A DNA stretch of 50,508 bases from a bacterium (GTDB taxonomy: Bacteria; Chloroflexota; Dormibacteria; Aeolococcales; Aeolococcaceae). How positions within the stretch are numbered: the first letter of the stretch is position 1; each line of letters opens with the position of its first letter. Below the pieces are notes generated by a model. It saw only the letters and a list, made by a program, of their open reading frames with translations. It had not been told where the DNA came from and made no database searches. Shown in pieces: positions 18,037 to 26,221 of this stretch. The position numbers and the translations under genes are program-made. The stretch covers positions 1 to 50,508 of the forward strand of contig JAJZNI010000016.1 in assembly GCA_021847925.1 (NCBI GenBank). Direction: 5' to 3'.

Positions 18037-19001
18037 CCGGGCTCGCCCTCGCGAAGCTCTCCACTCTCGTCCACCAGGCGGCGGTAGACAAGCCTCGCGA
18101 TCGCCCAATCCTGGGCGGCGACGCCCACGGACTTGAAGACGGTCCAACCTCCGCGAGGTGGCTGGCGCTGGCTGATGACCTGACCGAGCTCGACCAGGTC
18201 TGCCTCGCTGAGCCGTCCGGTTGCCATCGCCTGGATCAGGTCGCCCGCCTCCGCCAGCGCGGCGGGGAGGTGGTCGACGGCCACACACGCCGCGCGTGAG
18301 AGGACCTCGGCGGCCACCTCGCACATGTCGGGTCGGTATGCGCCGATCGCATTGATGTGGACGTGCTCGCCGAGGTCAGAGGCCTCGAACAGGGGACTCC
18401 TCGACGGGGTGGCACAGCAGATCACGTCAGCGCCGTGCACCGCCTCGCGAGTGCCTCCGACGACCGCCACCGCCAGGTGCTCATGCCGCCGGCGCAGCCG
18501 CCCCGCGAGGGCCTCCGCCGTGGCCCGATTCCGGCTCGCGATCCGCACCTCCTCGATGGGGCGAGCCGCCAGCACAGCCTCGGCCTGGTCCCAGGACTGC
18601 CCGCCCGACCCGAGTACCGCCAGGCAACGGGCGGCGGGCAGGGCCAGCGCGGCCGTGGCCGCCCCCGACGCGGCCCCGGTGCGCACGCGGGTCAGAGCCG
18701 CCCCGTCAATGTTGAGACGGGGAGTGCCCCTGGCATCGAACCAGACCGCCACTCCCTGGACCACCGGGACGCCGCTTCCCGCGTTGGTCTCGACCATCGA
18801 GACGAGCTTGGCGACCGCACCGTCCTCACCATCACAGCGGGCGATCATGCAGAGCAGTGAGCCGTCCCTCAACGCCATGCGCAGGGGCTGCTCCACCTCT
18901 CCGCGCGTCAGGGCGGTGAACACCCTCGCGACCTCGCGGATGGCATCTTCGACCGGTACAAGACGGCGCAGCGCGCGCTCGTCAACGAACAGGCCGGTCA
19001 T
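18033..19001 (-). CDS. Ornithine cyclodeaminase / mu-crystallin family protein (possible cyclic ketimine / pyrroline-2-carboxylate reductase)
   Basis: Family-typical N-terminus (LRRLVPVEDAIREVARVF) and Rossmann motif LAVLGSGGQS. Start ATG at 19001 (alternative GTG at 19022). Confidence 0.9.
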   Translation of the reverse strand: MTGLFVDERALRRLVPVEDAIREVARVFTALTRGEVEQPLRMALRDGSLLCMIARCDGEDGAVAKLVSMVETNAGSGVPVVQGVAVWFDARGTPRLNIDGAALTRVRTGAASGAATAALALPAARCLAVLGSGGQSWDQAEAVLAARPIEEVRIASRNRATAEALAGRLRRRHEHLAVAVVGGTREAVHGADVICCATPSRSPLFEASDLGEHVHINAIGAYRPDMCEVAAEVLSRAACVAVDHLPAALAEAGDLIQAMATGRLSEADLVELGQVISQRQPPRGGWTVFKSVGVAAQDWAIARLVYRRLVDESGELREGEPG

Positions 19002-19273
19002 CCGAGCGTGCCCTGCGCGCACGAACAGCCTGCAAAGGCCTGCCGGCTAGGCGGGAGGCCAGAGACTGACGCGAGTGCTCTCGTCCGGGGTCGCAGGGGG
19101 ATCTCCCACATCCGAGAAACCCGGATCACGAGCGCCCACGATGAACAGCTTGGAACTCCGGCCCCGGCGTCGCCACAGTGCCCGTGGCACCCGTGTCCAC
19201 AGCTTGAGGAGTGACCTGACGAAGCTCACCATCGCCCTCCCAACCTGAGGTCACCGCCGTCTCCATCACCGAT

Positions 19274-20674
19274 TCACGCCCGCCACCCGGTCGCGGGTCT
19301 GGCCATGGCGGCCGGCGGCACACGGGCCGAGCCCAGCGCATCCATGACCGCCCGGGCAGCGGCCCGTCCGGACCGCGCCGCCGCCTCCATGTTCCCGAGC
19401 TCGGCGAAGTAGTCGCCCGCGAAGTGAATGCTTCCGTCGGTCACCGAGGCGGCCGGTGGAGCTGCCACACCGGGGCGCCGGAAGGTGTTGCCGGGATCCC
19501 ACCGGTGGATCAGGGTCTCGCTCACGTGGCCGCGAAGGCTCGGGTACACACGGTAGAGATCGCGCAGGTAGACGTCCCGGACCTCCTCATCGTTGCTCTC
19601 CATCAGGCTACGGGCGGGCGGCCCCCCGACGTAGACCATCAGGCTGCCTCCGGGACGTCGCACACCGCGGCGCAGGCAGCTGGCATGGTTGAAGAGCATG
19701 TCGAAGGAGCGGCCCGGGGTCATCAGCGCATAGACGTCGTCCCAGGGCGCACGGTCCCGCTCGGACGTCAGCACCGCCATGGACAGGAAGGGACCGTAGC
19801 TCACCGACCTCAGGAAGCGCTCCACGGGAGGACTGATGGTCCTCACGACCCGGCGGGCCACGTGCGCCGGCGCGGCGACGATGACGTGGCGCGCGCTGAC
19901 CCGCACCGTCTCGCTTCCGGTGCAGTAGGTCACGACCGCTTCGCCGCCCTCAACCTCCACGGCCGTGACGGTGGAGCCCGTCCGCGCCGCCGCCCCGAGC
20001 TGCTGGGCCATGGCCACGGGAAGACGCGCGGTGCCGCCGCGGAGGTTGAGGGAGATCTCGCTGTCGGGCCCGCTCCAGACCTGGGCGAAGAGGCGGATGC
20101 CCACCGACGCCGCCATCTCGTTGGCCTCCGCCGTGGCGCGCCGCGCGGCGCACCGGAAGATGCCCTCGACCCGACGTGGCAGCGGGCCGAGGAACTCCGC
20201 GAAGGTGATGCGGTCCAGTTCCGCGCGCCGTCGTTCCGTCCCACGCCCCCCGCGCGCGGCGGAGTCGAGATCGCGGCGCACGGCCGTGCGGAGCTTGAGG
20301 CCCGCTCGGGCAAAGGCGATGCGTTCTGAGAGCGAGAGGGGCAGGCGCAGCGGGTAGGCCTCCACCCGCCGCGTGGGGAACACCCGGCCCTCGAACTCCA
20401 TGGCCGTGGTGCTGCCGGGGATGCTCAGTGTCTCGAGGCCGAGTTCCGCGACCAGCGCATCGAGGAGTGATCCGCGCCCGGGGAACAGGTGAGCGCCGAG
20501 GTTCAGCCAGTACTCGCCTCTCGGCTCGGATCTCATGCGTCCGCCGAAGCGATCCGAGGCCTCCAGGACCAGCACGCTCCGGTGCCGCAGCATCCAGGCG
20601 GCGGTGAGGCCGGCGATGCCCCCACCCACCACGATGACGTCCAGCGTTCCGTTCGCCTCATCCGCCGCGCTCAC
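19274..20674 (-). CDS. FAD-dependent amine-oxidase-like oxidoreductase
   Basis: DVIVVGGGIAGLTAAW followed by LEASDRFGGR (amine oxidase / PPO-type fold). GTG start preceded by AGGGAG. Confidence 0.85.
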   Translation of the reverse strand: MSAADEANGTLDVIVVGGGIAGLTAAWMLRHRSVLVLEASDRFGGRMRSEPRGEYWLNLGAHLFPGRGSLLDALVAELGLETLSIPGSTTAMEFEGRVFPTRRVEAYPLRLPLSLSERIAFARAGLKLRTAVRRDLDSAARGGRGTERRRAELDRITFAEFLGPLPRRVEGIFRCAARRATAEANEMAASVGIRLFAQVWSGPDSEISLNLRGGTARLPVAMAQQLGAAARTGSTVTAVEVEGGEAVVTYCTGSETVRVSARHVIVAAPAHVARRVVRTISPPVERFLRSVSYGPFLSMAVLTSERDRAPWDDVYALMTPGRSFDMLFNHASCLRRGVRRPGGSLMVYVGGPPARSLMESNDEEVRDVYLRDLYRVYPSLRGHVSETLIHRWDPGNTFRRPGVAAPPAASVTDGSIHFAGDYFAELGNMEAAARSGRAAARAVMDALGSARVPPAAMARPATGWRA

Positions 20675-20701
20675 GGCTCGATCTCCCTGTGTCCGGGCCG
20701 G

Positions 20702-21979
20702 TCACGGGTAGATGCCCCGTGCCAGGGTGGCGTCGGCGACCCGCTGCACCGCCACGGCGTAGGCTCCCAGCCGAAGCGGGACGCGCAGGCGCTGGGCGGC
20801 CGACCACGCCGCGTCGAAGGCGCTGCTCATGACGCCCTCCAGGCGGGCGTTGATCTCCTTCTCCTCCCAGAAGAAGGACTGCAGGTCCTGGACCCACTCG
20901 AAGTAGGAGACCGTCACTCCACCCGCGCTCGCAACGATGTCCGGGACCACGGTGATACCCCTCCGGTTCAGGATGTCGTCGGCGGCAGGGGTGATGGGGC
21001 CGTTCGCCGCCTCCAGGATGAGCGAGGCGCGAATGCGGCCGGCGTTGCCCGCCGTGATCTGGTTCTCCAGCGCCGCCGGCACCAGCACGTCGATCGGCGC
21101 CTCAAGCACCGCGTCACCGGCCACGGAGCGCGTGCCAGGAAAGCCGGCCACGGACCCGGTGCGCTGCTTGTGCGCGATGACCTCACGCACCGCCAGCGGG
21201 GTCTCGCTGACGATGGCGCCCCCCGTATCGGAGATGGCCAGGATCCGGAAGCCGTCCTCCTCCATCAGTCGGGCGGCGGTGCTGCCGACATTGCCGAAGC
21301 CCTGCACCGCCACGCTCAACTGCCGAGGGTCGCGCCCGAGCCGCGCGCAGATCCGGCGTGCGACCGTGGCAGCCCCGCGGCCCGGCGCCTCGACGCGGCC
21401 CCGGCTGCCTCCGACGGCGAGAGGCTTCCCCGTGACCGTGGCGGGGACGGAGTAGCCCTCCGCCATGGATATGGTGTCCATGATCCAAGCCATAACCGCG
21501 GGAGTGGTATTGACATCCGGAGCCGGGATGTCGCGCTCCGGTCCGATCAGGACGGAGATCTCCGCCGCATAGCGGCGCGTGAGCCGCTCCAGCTCCCCCG
21601 GGCTGAGCAGCTTGGGGTTCACCACCACGCCGCCCTTGGCGCCACCGAAGGGGAGGCCCGCGATGGCGCACTTCCACGTCATCCACATGGCGAGCGCCTT
21701 GATCTCGTTGAGCGTGACCTGCGGGTGGTAGCGGATACCTCCCTTGGTGGGCCCCGGAACCAGGTTGTGCTGCACCCGGTAACCCGTGAACATGCGAATC
21801 GAGGAGTCGTCCATCCGGACCGGGAAGTCAACGACGAGCTGACGCTGGGCCTCCCTCAGCAGGGCCCGCACGCCGTGGTCGAGGTCGAGGAGATCGGCAG
21901 CTGCGTCAAACTGCCTCTGCGCATTCGGCCATGGGTCCTCGATGGAGACGGCCCGTCTCGGCAGCGCCGTTTGTGCCAT
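20702..21979 (-). CDS. gdh: Glutamate dehydrogenase paralog, 425 codons, inverted relative to the copy at 1139..2416
   Basis: Colinear and gap-free with the first copy by eye: same GGIRYHPQVTLNEIKALAMWMTWKC and LPFGGAKGG motifs, same length, same C-terminus RGIYP. ATG at 21977-21979. Confidence 0.95.
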   Translation of the reverse strand: MAQTALPRRAVSIEDPWPNAQRQFDAAADLLDLDHGVRALLREAQRQLVVDFPVRMDDSSIRMFTGYRVQHNLVPGPTKGGIRYHPQVTLNEIKALAMWMTWKCAIAGLPFGGAKGGVVVNPKLLSPGELERLTRRYAAEISVLIGPERDIPAPDVNTTPAVMAWIMDTISMAEGYSVPATVTGKPLAVGGSRGRVEAPGRGAATVARRICARLGRDPRQLSVAVQGFGNVGSTAARLMEEDGFRILAISDTGGAIVSETPLAVREVIAHKQRTGSVAGFPGTRSVAGDAVLEAPIDVLVPAALENQITAGNAGRIRASLILEAANGPITPAADDILNRRGITVVPDIVASAGGVTVSYFEWVQDLQSFFWEEKEINARLEGVMSSAFDAAWSAAQRLRVPLRLGAYAVAVQRVADATLARGIYP

Positions 21980-22046
21980 GCGGCTCACCCCCCCGGACGG
22001 AGCGGTGCGCCGTCCGCGCACACGATGGCCTTCCTCGCGTTCACGA

Positions 22047-22403
22047 TCACACCCCTCCGCCCTGCCTGACCAGGATGGCGGCGATCGGCACGGCAACGCA
22101 CAGCCACGCCGCGACGCCCGCGAGGAGCGCATAGGGCACGCCCACCCCCGCGCGCAAGGCCACGTAGGTGACAGCAAGATAGACGGCGATGGCGGGGACG
22201 GCGATGAGCGCTGAGAGCGAGGCGCCCTTCACCGCGCTCGCCCCCGCGGTCTGTCCCACGAAGACGAAGCCGACCAGCGTAACCACGGGAACCATCACGA
22301 GGACGCCCGCGAGGGCCGGCCCGACGCGCGTCGCGACGAGCGGGACCGTGGCCACGATCGCCCCTCCGGCCACGAAACGGAGTGCAAACTCGATCACCGC
22401 CAT
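22047..22403 (-). CDS. Small 4-TM membrane protein (DUF3147-like)
   Basis: 118 aa, strongly hydrophobic, high GC3, sits between the SDR and gdh on the same strand. Confidence 0.7.
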   Translation of the reverse strand: MAVIEFALRFVAGGAIVATVPLVATRVGPALAGVLVMVPVVTLVGFVFVGQTAGASAVKGASLSALIAVPAIAVYLAVTYVALRAGVGVPYALLAGVAAWLCVAVPIAAILVRQGGGV

Positions 22404-22493
22404 CGCATCAGCCTCCGCTCACGCCGCAGAAGATCCGTCCAGCCCCACCGCGGGCAACCTCGGGCTGGCCGGGTGGGCATCCATCACCTCCGA

Positions 22494-23276
22494 TCACCAG
22501 CGATACCGGTCGATCGCCATGAGCCCCGCGGTCTTGGCCCCGTCGATCGGGATCGCCGCACCGGTCACGAATGACGCCTCGTCGGACACCAGGTACATCA
22601 CGAGGCGCGCCACCTCCCCCGGTTCCCCGATGCGCCGCGCCGGGCAGACCGCGTGGGCACGGCGCCGGCCCTCGTCCTGACCACCCGTCGCGTCCCATTC
22701 GTCCCAGGTCATCTGGGTGGCGATGGGCCCCGGACAGATCGCGTTAACGCGCAGTCCCTGATCAGCGTATCCGAGCGCCAGCGAGCGGGTCAGGCTGACC
22801 ACGGCCGCCTTGGACGCAGCGTAGCCGACGCTCCCCGCCACCCCCACGAGCCCCGCCATCGAGGCGTTGTTCACGATCACGCCGCGAGACCTCAGCAGGT
22901 GCGGGAGGGCGTGCTTGCAGCACAGCCACGTGCCCTTCACGTTGGTGTCGAAGAGGAGATCCCAGTCATCCTCCCGCGGTCCGTCGAGCCCCTCGGCCAC
23001 CTCGACGCCGCTGTTGTTGAAGAGGATGTCGATCCTCCCGAGCTCGCCGGCCACCCTCTGCATCAGAGCCGCGACCGCGCCCGGGTCGGTGACGTCCGTC
23101 GCGGCGAAGATCGCGCGGGCCCCGCCCTCGCCGAGGGCCCGAGCCATGGCCTCGCCCCGCTCCCGGGAGCGGCCCGCGATGACGACCGAGGCTCCCGCTC
23201 CGGCGAGGAGCTCGGCGGTCGCCGCTCCGATGCCGCTCGCCCCTCCTGTGACCACCGCGACCCGTCCGGCGAGCAT
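22494..23276 (-). CDS. Short-chain dehydrogenase/reductase (SDR)
   Basis: VTGGASGIGAATA, NNSG, YAASKAAV. Start shares one base with the upstream stop (TGATG). Confidence 0.9.
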   Translation of the reverse strand: MLAGRVAVVTGGASGIGAATAELLAGAGASVVIAGRSRERGEAMARALGEGGARAIFAATDVTDPGAVAALMQRVAGELGRIDILFNNSGVEVAEGLDGPREDDWDLLFDTNVKGTWLCCKHALPHLLRSRGVIVNNASMAGLVGVAGSVGYAASKAAVVSLTRSLALGYADQGLRVNAICPGPIATQMTWDEWDATGGQDEGRRRAHAVCPARRIGEPGEVARLVMYLVSDEASFVTGAAIPIDGAKTAGLMAIDRYRW

Positions 23277-24373
23277 CAGGCCACCGCCGGAGCGCTGAGC
23301 AGGGCGCGCTCCTGATCCGGCCCCCAGATGTCACCGACGGTGAAGCCCTCGGGAAACGGGTCATCGGCGTCGACGACGTACTGCGTCATCGCGGTCACGA
23401 AGGCCTGGCCGCTCACCGCCGGCACCACCGCCGGGTGCCCGCCGACCGTCGTCGTGCCCACCACGCGACCGGTGAACACGGTGCCCATGATCCCCTCATG
23501 GACGAAGTCCTCTCCGATGCCCAGCCGGCCCTTGGCATGGAGGCATGCCATCCGGGCGCAGGTGCCGGTACCGCAGGGAGAGCGGTCGAGGATCCCCGTC
23601 CAGGTCTCGGGCCGGTCCCAATCCAGCGAGCCCGTCGAGACGACCACCGTGTTCTTGAGGGTGGCGTCGGGCCTGGTCGGCGGGGCGGAGAACTGGGTGA
23701 CGGTGACGCCGGAGATGTCCGGGTTCTCCGGGTGGACAGCCGGGAGCTGCTCGCGCGTCGCGGCCTTGATCATCTCGCCGAGCCGGACGATGTCATGGCC
23801 CTCGTCAGGGGTCAGCCTCAGGCCCAGCGCACGGGCCTCGGTGATGACGAACATCATCCCCCCGTAAGCGACGTCCACCGTCACCGTCCCCAGCTGGGGC
23901 ACCTCCACGTTGGCATCGAGGTGGAGGGCGAAGGCCGGGACGTTCTGGAAGGTGACGCGCCGGACGCTCTGGTCCTGAACCTCGGCGCGGATCCGCACCA
24001 GTCCGGCGGGGGCCTCCAGCGCGAACTCCGTGACGGGCTCCTGCATCGGCACCATCCCCGTCTCCAGCAGCACCGTGGCCACGCACATGGTGTTGCTCCC
24101 CGACATGGGCGGGTACTCCTGCGGCTCCATGATCACGTAGCCCGCCACCGCCTCGGGATCGCTGCTGGGCAGGATCAGGTTGCAGCAGCTCCCCGGGTAG
24201 CCACGCGGCTCTTTCAGCATGAGCCTGCGAAGCCCATCGCCATGCATCTCGAGATACCGCTTCTTCTCGAACATGGTCGTACCCTGGACGTTCAGGACGC
24301 CCCCCGTGATGACCCGGCCGTGGTTGCCCCCCGCGTGGGCATCCACCGCCGTGATGCATCGCGCCAGCTTCAT
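23276..24373 (-). CDS. Proline racemase superfamily protein, atypical Ser/Cys catalytic pair (PRS-A)
   Basis: DAHAGGN..RV, PMSGSNTMC in place of PMCGH, DRSPCGTG retained, C-terminal GDIW. GAGGAG lies 6 nt upstream of the ATG. Confidence 0.9.
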   Translation of the reverse strand: MKLARCITAVDAHAGGNHGRVITGGVLNVQGTTMFEKKRYLEMHGDGLRRLMLKEPRGYPGSCCNLILPSSDPEAVAGYVIMEPQEYPPMSGSNTMCVATVLLETGMVPMQEPVTEFALEAPAGLVRIRAEVQDQSVRRVTFQNVPAFALHLDANVEVPQLGTVTVDVAYGGMMFVITEARALGLRLTPDEGHDIVRLGEMIKAATREQLPAVHPENPDISGVTVTQFSAPPTRPDATLKNTVVVSTGSLDWDRPETWTGILDRSPCGTGTCARMACLHAKGRLGIGEDFVHEGIMGTVFTGRVVGTTTVGGHPAVVPAVSGQAFVTAMTQYVVDADDPFPEGFTVGDIWGPDQERALLSAPAVA

Positions 24374-24423
24374 CGCACGCTCCTCATCGCAGCCCTGGCT
24401 CCGGTTGACAACCCGTCGCCGGT

Positions 24424-24452
24424 ATCGTAGTCTTTGTCAGACAGTAAGTCAA
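24424..24452 (-). promoter_or_regulatory. Sigma-A-type promoter of the PRS-A operon with an operator-like TGTC/GACA element in the spacer
   Basis: Read on the minus strand: TTGACT (24447-24452), a 17-nt spacer tactgtctgacaaagac, then TACGAT (24424-24429), about 45 nt upstream of the PRS-A ATG. This is the most AT-rich patch of the divergent PRS-A/gntR gap. Confidence 0.45.
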
Positions 24453-24513
24453 ACAGCACCCCCACCGGGAACCCTAGACTCCCCTCATTCGAAGGTCGCC
24501 CCATCTGAAGCAA

Positions 24514-25227
24514 ATGGACACCCTGGCCAGTTTGTCGCCCGTATCGTCATCCACCCGCCGTGAGGAGGTGGTCCGAGCGCTGCGGCGCGCCATCCTGACC
24601 GGGGAGTTGCAGGCAGGCGATCACCTGCGCGAGGTCGCGCTCGCCGAGCGTCTGGGCGTCAGCCGGCCCACCGTGCGCGAGTCGATGCGCCAGCTGATCC
24701 AGGAGGGCCTGTTGACCCAGGAGCCCTACCGCGGGACGCGCGTGGTCGAGCCCCAGCCGGAGACGCTTCTGGAGATCGCGGATGTCAGGTCGGCGCTCGA
24801 GGCACTCGCAGCTCGCAAGGCCGCCACTCGCGGCGCGGCGCTCCTCGGCGAGCCCTTCGAAAAGGCTCTCGCGGACCTCGAGCAGGCGGCCACATCGGGC
24901 GATCAGTCGCTCATGCACGAGGCGCACGTGAACTTCCACGGTCTCGTCTACACGGCCTCCGGCAGCCAGCTGCTGGAGCAGGTGTGGAACCTGATACGCG
25001 CACGCATCGCCTTCGCGGTCGCGTGGGACCAGATGGCATACCCGGATTCCGCGTGGGGCGAACGCCAGCTTCAGCGCCATCGGGCTATCGTCACCGCGAT
25101 CATGGGAGGCGACGCGGCCAGCATCGACCACGTGGTGAACGAGCACATCGGCGCTGCGGCTCGGGACGTGGTGGACAGGGTCAACAAGGTGCAGGGCCGG
25201 CGAGATCGCCGGATCCGCTCGGCGTGA
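24514..25227 (+). CDS. GntR-family transcriptional regulator with FCD (FadR C-terminal) domain
   Basis: Winged HTH LREVALAERLGVSRPTVRESMRQL. All-helical C-domain with His residues (HVNFHGL, HRAIV). Confidence 0.9.
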   Translation: MDTLASLSPVSSSTRREEVVRALRRAILTGELQAGDHLREVALAERLGVSRPTVRESMRQLIQEGLLTQEPYRGTRVVEPQPETLLEIADVRSALEALAARKAATRGAALLGEPFEKALADLEQAATSGDQSLMHEAHVNFHGLVYTASGSQLLEQVWNLIRARIAFAVAWDQMAYPDSAWGERQLQRHRAIVTAIMGGDAASIDHVVNEHIGAAARDVVDRVNKVQGRRDRRIRSA

Positions 25228-25284
25228 CGAAGCTCGCTGAGAGCGTTCAGGGCGGGTGATGCAGAACAATGGAGGGCCAGTGGC

Positions 25285-26202
25285 ATGCGCAAGCGCGTGG
25301 AGTTGAGGGGGATTCTCCCCGCGATGGTGACGCCGTTCACAGGTGACGGTGCTCGACTCGACGAGGCGGCGCTGGCCGCGCTCAGCGATCGCCTCATCGC
25401 CGCGGGGGTGGGAGGCCTGATCCCGTGCGGAAGCACGGGTGAGTTCGTGTCGCTCAGCCATGCCGAGCGCCGCCGCGTGACCGAGGTCGTGGTGGAAGCG
25501 GCGCGCGGGCGCGTGCCCGTGGTTCCACAGACCGGGGCGCTGACCACCGCGGAGACCATTGAGCTCAGCCGTCACGCGGAGGCCGCCGGTGCCGCCGCCG
25601 TCATGATCGTCCCGCCCTACTACGAGGCCCCCCCGTGGGAGGACATCGTCCAGCACTACCGCGCCGTCTCGGCGGCGATCAGCATCCCGATCATGCTCTA
25701 TCACATCCCCTCAGCCCACGGGTACAAGCTCAGTGCGGCTCAGATCGGCGAGTTGGCTGAGGTTGATGGCGTCGACTTCATCAAGGACAGCAGCGCAGAC
25801 CTCGTGCAGCTGACTGAGCTTCTGCAGCGCTACGGTGACCGGATCCAGGTGTTCAACGGTTGGGATACGCTCACCTTTTACGGCTTCGCCGCCGGCACTC
25901 CCGCATCGGTCTGGGGTGCGGCGAACTTCATCCCCGATCTCTGCGTCGAGCTGTACGACACCGTCTACCGTCGCGGTGACCTGGAGGCCGGCCGCGAGGT
26001 CTGGCAGCGGGTGTGGCCGATCTGCCGCTACCTCGAGGAGCAGGCCTACGCGGCGCGGGTCAAGGGCGGCTGCGAGCTGATCGGGCACCCGGTGGGCCCG
26101 CCGCGCCTCCCCCTGCGCGCGGTGGCCTCCACGGACCAGGCGCGTCTCGCGGAGCTGCTCCGCCGGGCCGAGGTATCCATGCCCGCCGCCGTGGCCAGCT
26201 GA
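25285..26202 (+). CDS. DHDPS/N-acetylneuraminate-lyase family Schiff-base lyase (candidate pyrroline-4-hydroxy-2-carboxylate deaminase or 2-keto-3-deoxy-acid aldolase)
   Basis: ILPAMVTPF, GSTGEF, YHIP, catalytic Lys in FIKDSS. Confidence 0.9.
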   Translation: MRKRVELRGILPAMVTPFTGDGARLDEAALAALSDRLIAAGVGGLIPCGSTGEFVSLSHAERRRVTEVVVEAARGRVPVVPQTGALTTAETIELSRHAEAAGAAAVMIVPPYYEAPPWEDIVQHYRAVSAAISIPIMLYHIPSAHGYKLSAAQIGELAEVDGVDFIKDSSADLVQLTELLQRYGDRIQVFNGWDTLTFYGFAAGTPASVWGAANFIPDLCVELYDTVYRRGDLEAGREVWQRVWPICRYLEEQAYAARVKGGCELIGHPVGPPRLPLRAVASTDQARLAELLRRAEVSMPAAVAS

Positions 26203-26221
26203 CCCGCTCGCGGATACGAGA

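Noticed and set aside
19047-19232. 61-aa minus-strand ORF in the 272-bp gap between the amine oxidase and OCD genes, with GGGAGGG just upstream.
   Set aside because: GC3 is only about 72 percent, the SD-to-ATG spacing is 2 nt, and the basic peptide has no recognisable fold. More likely promoter or leader DNA of the OCD operon.
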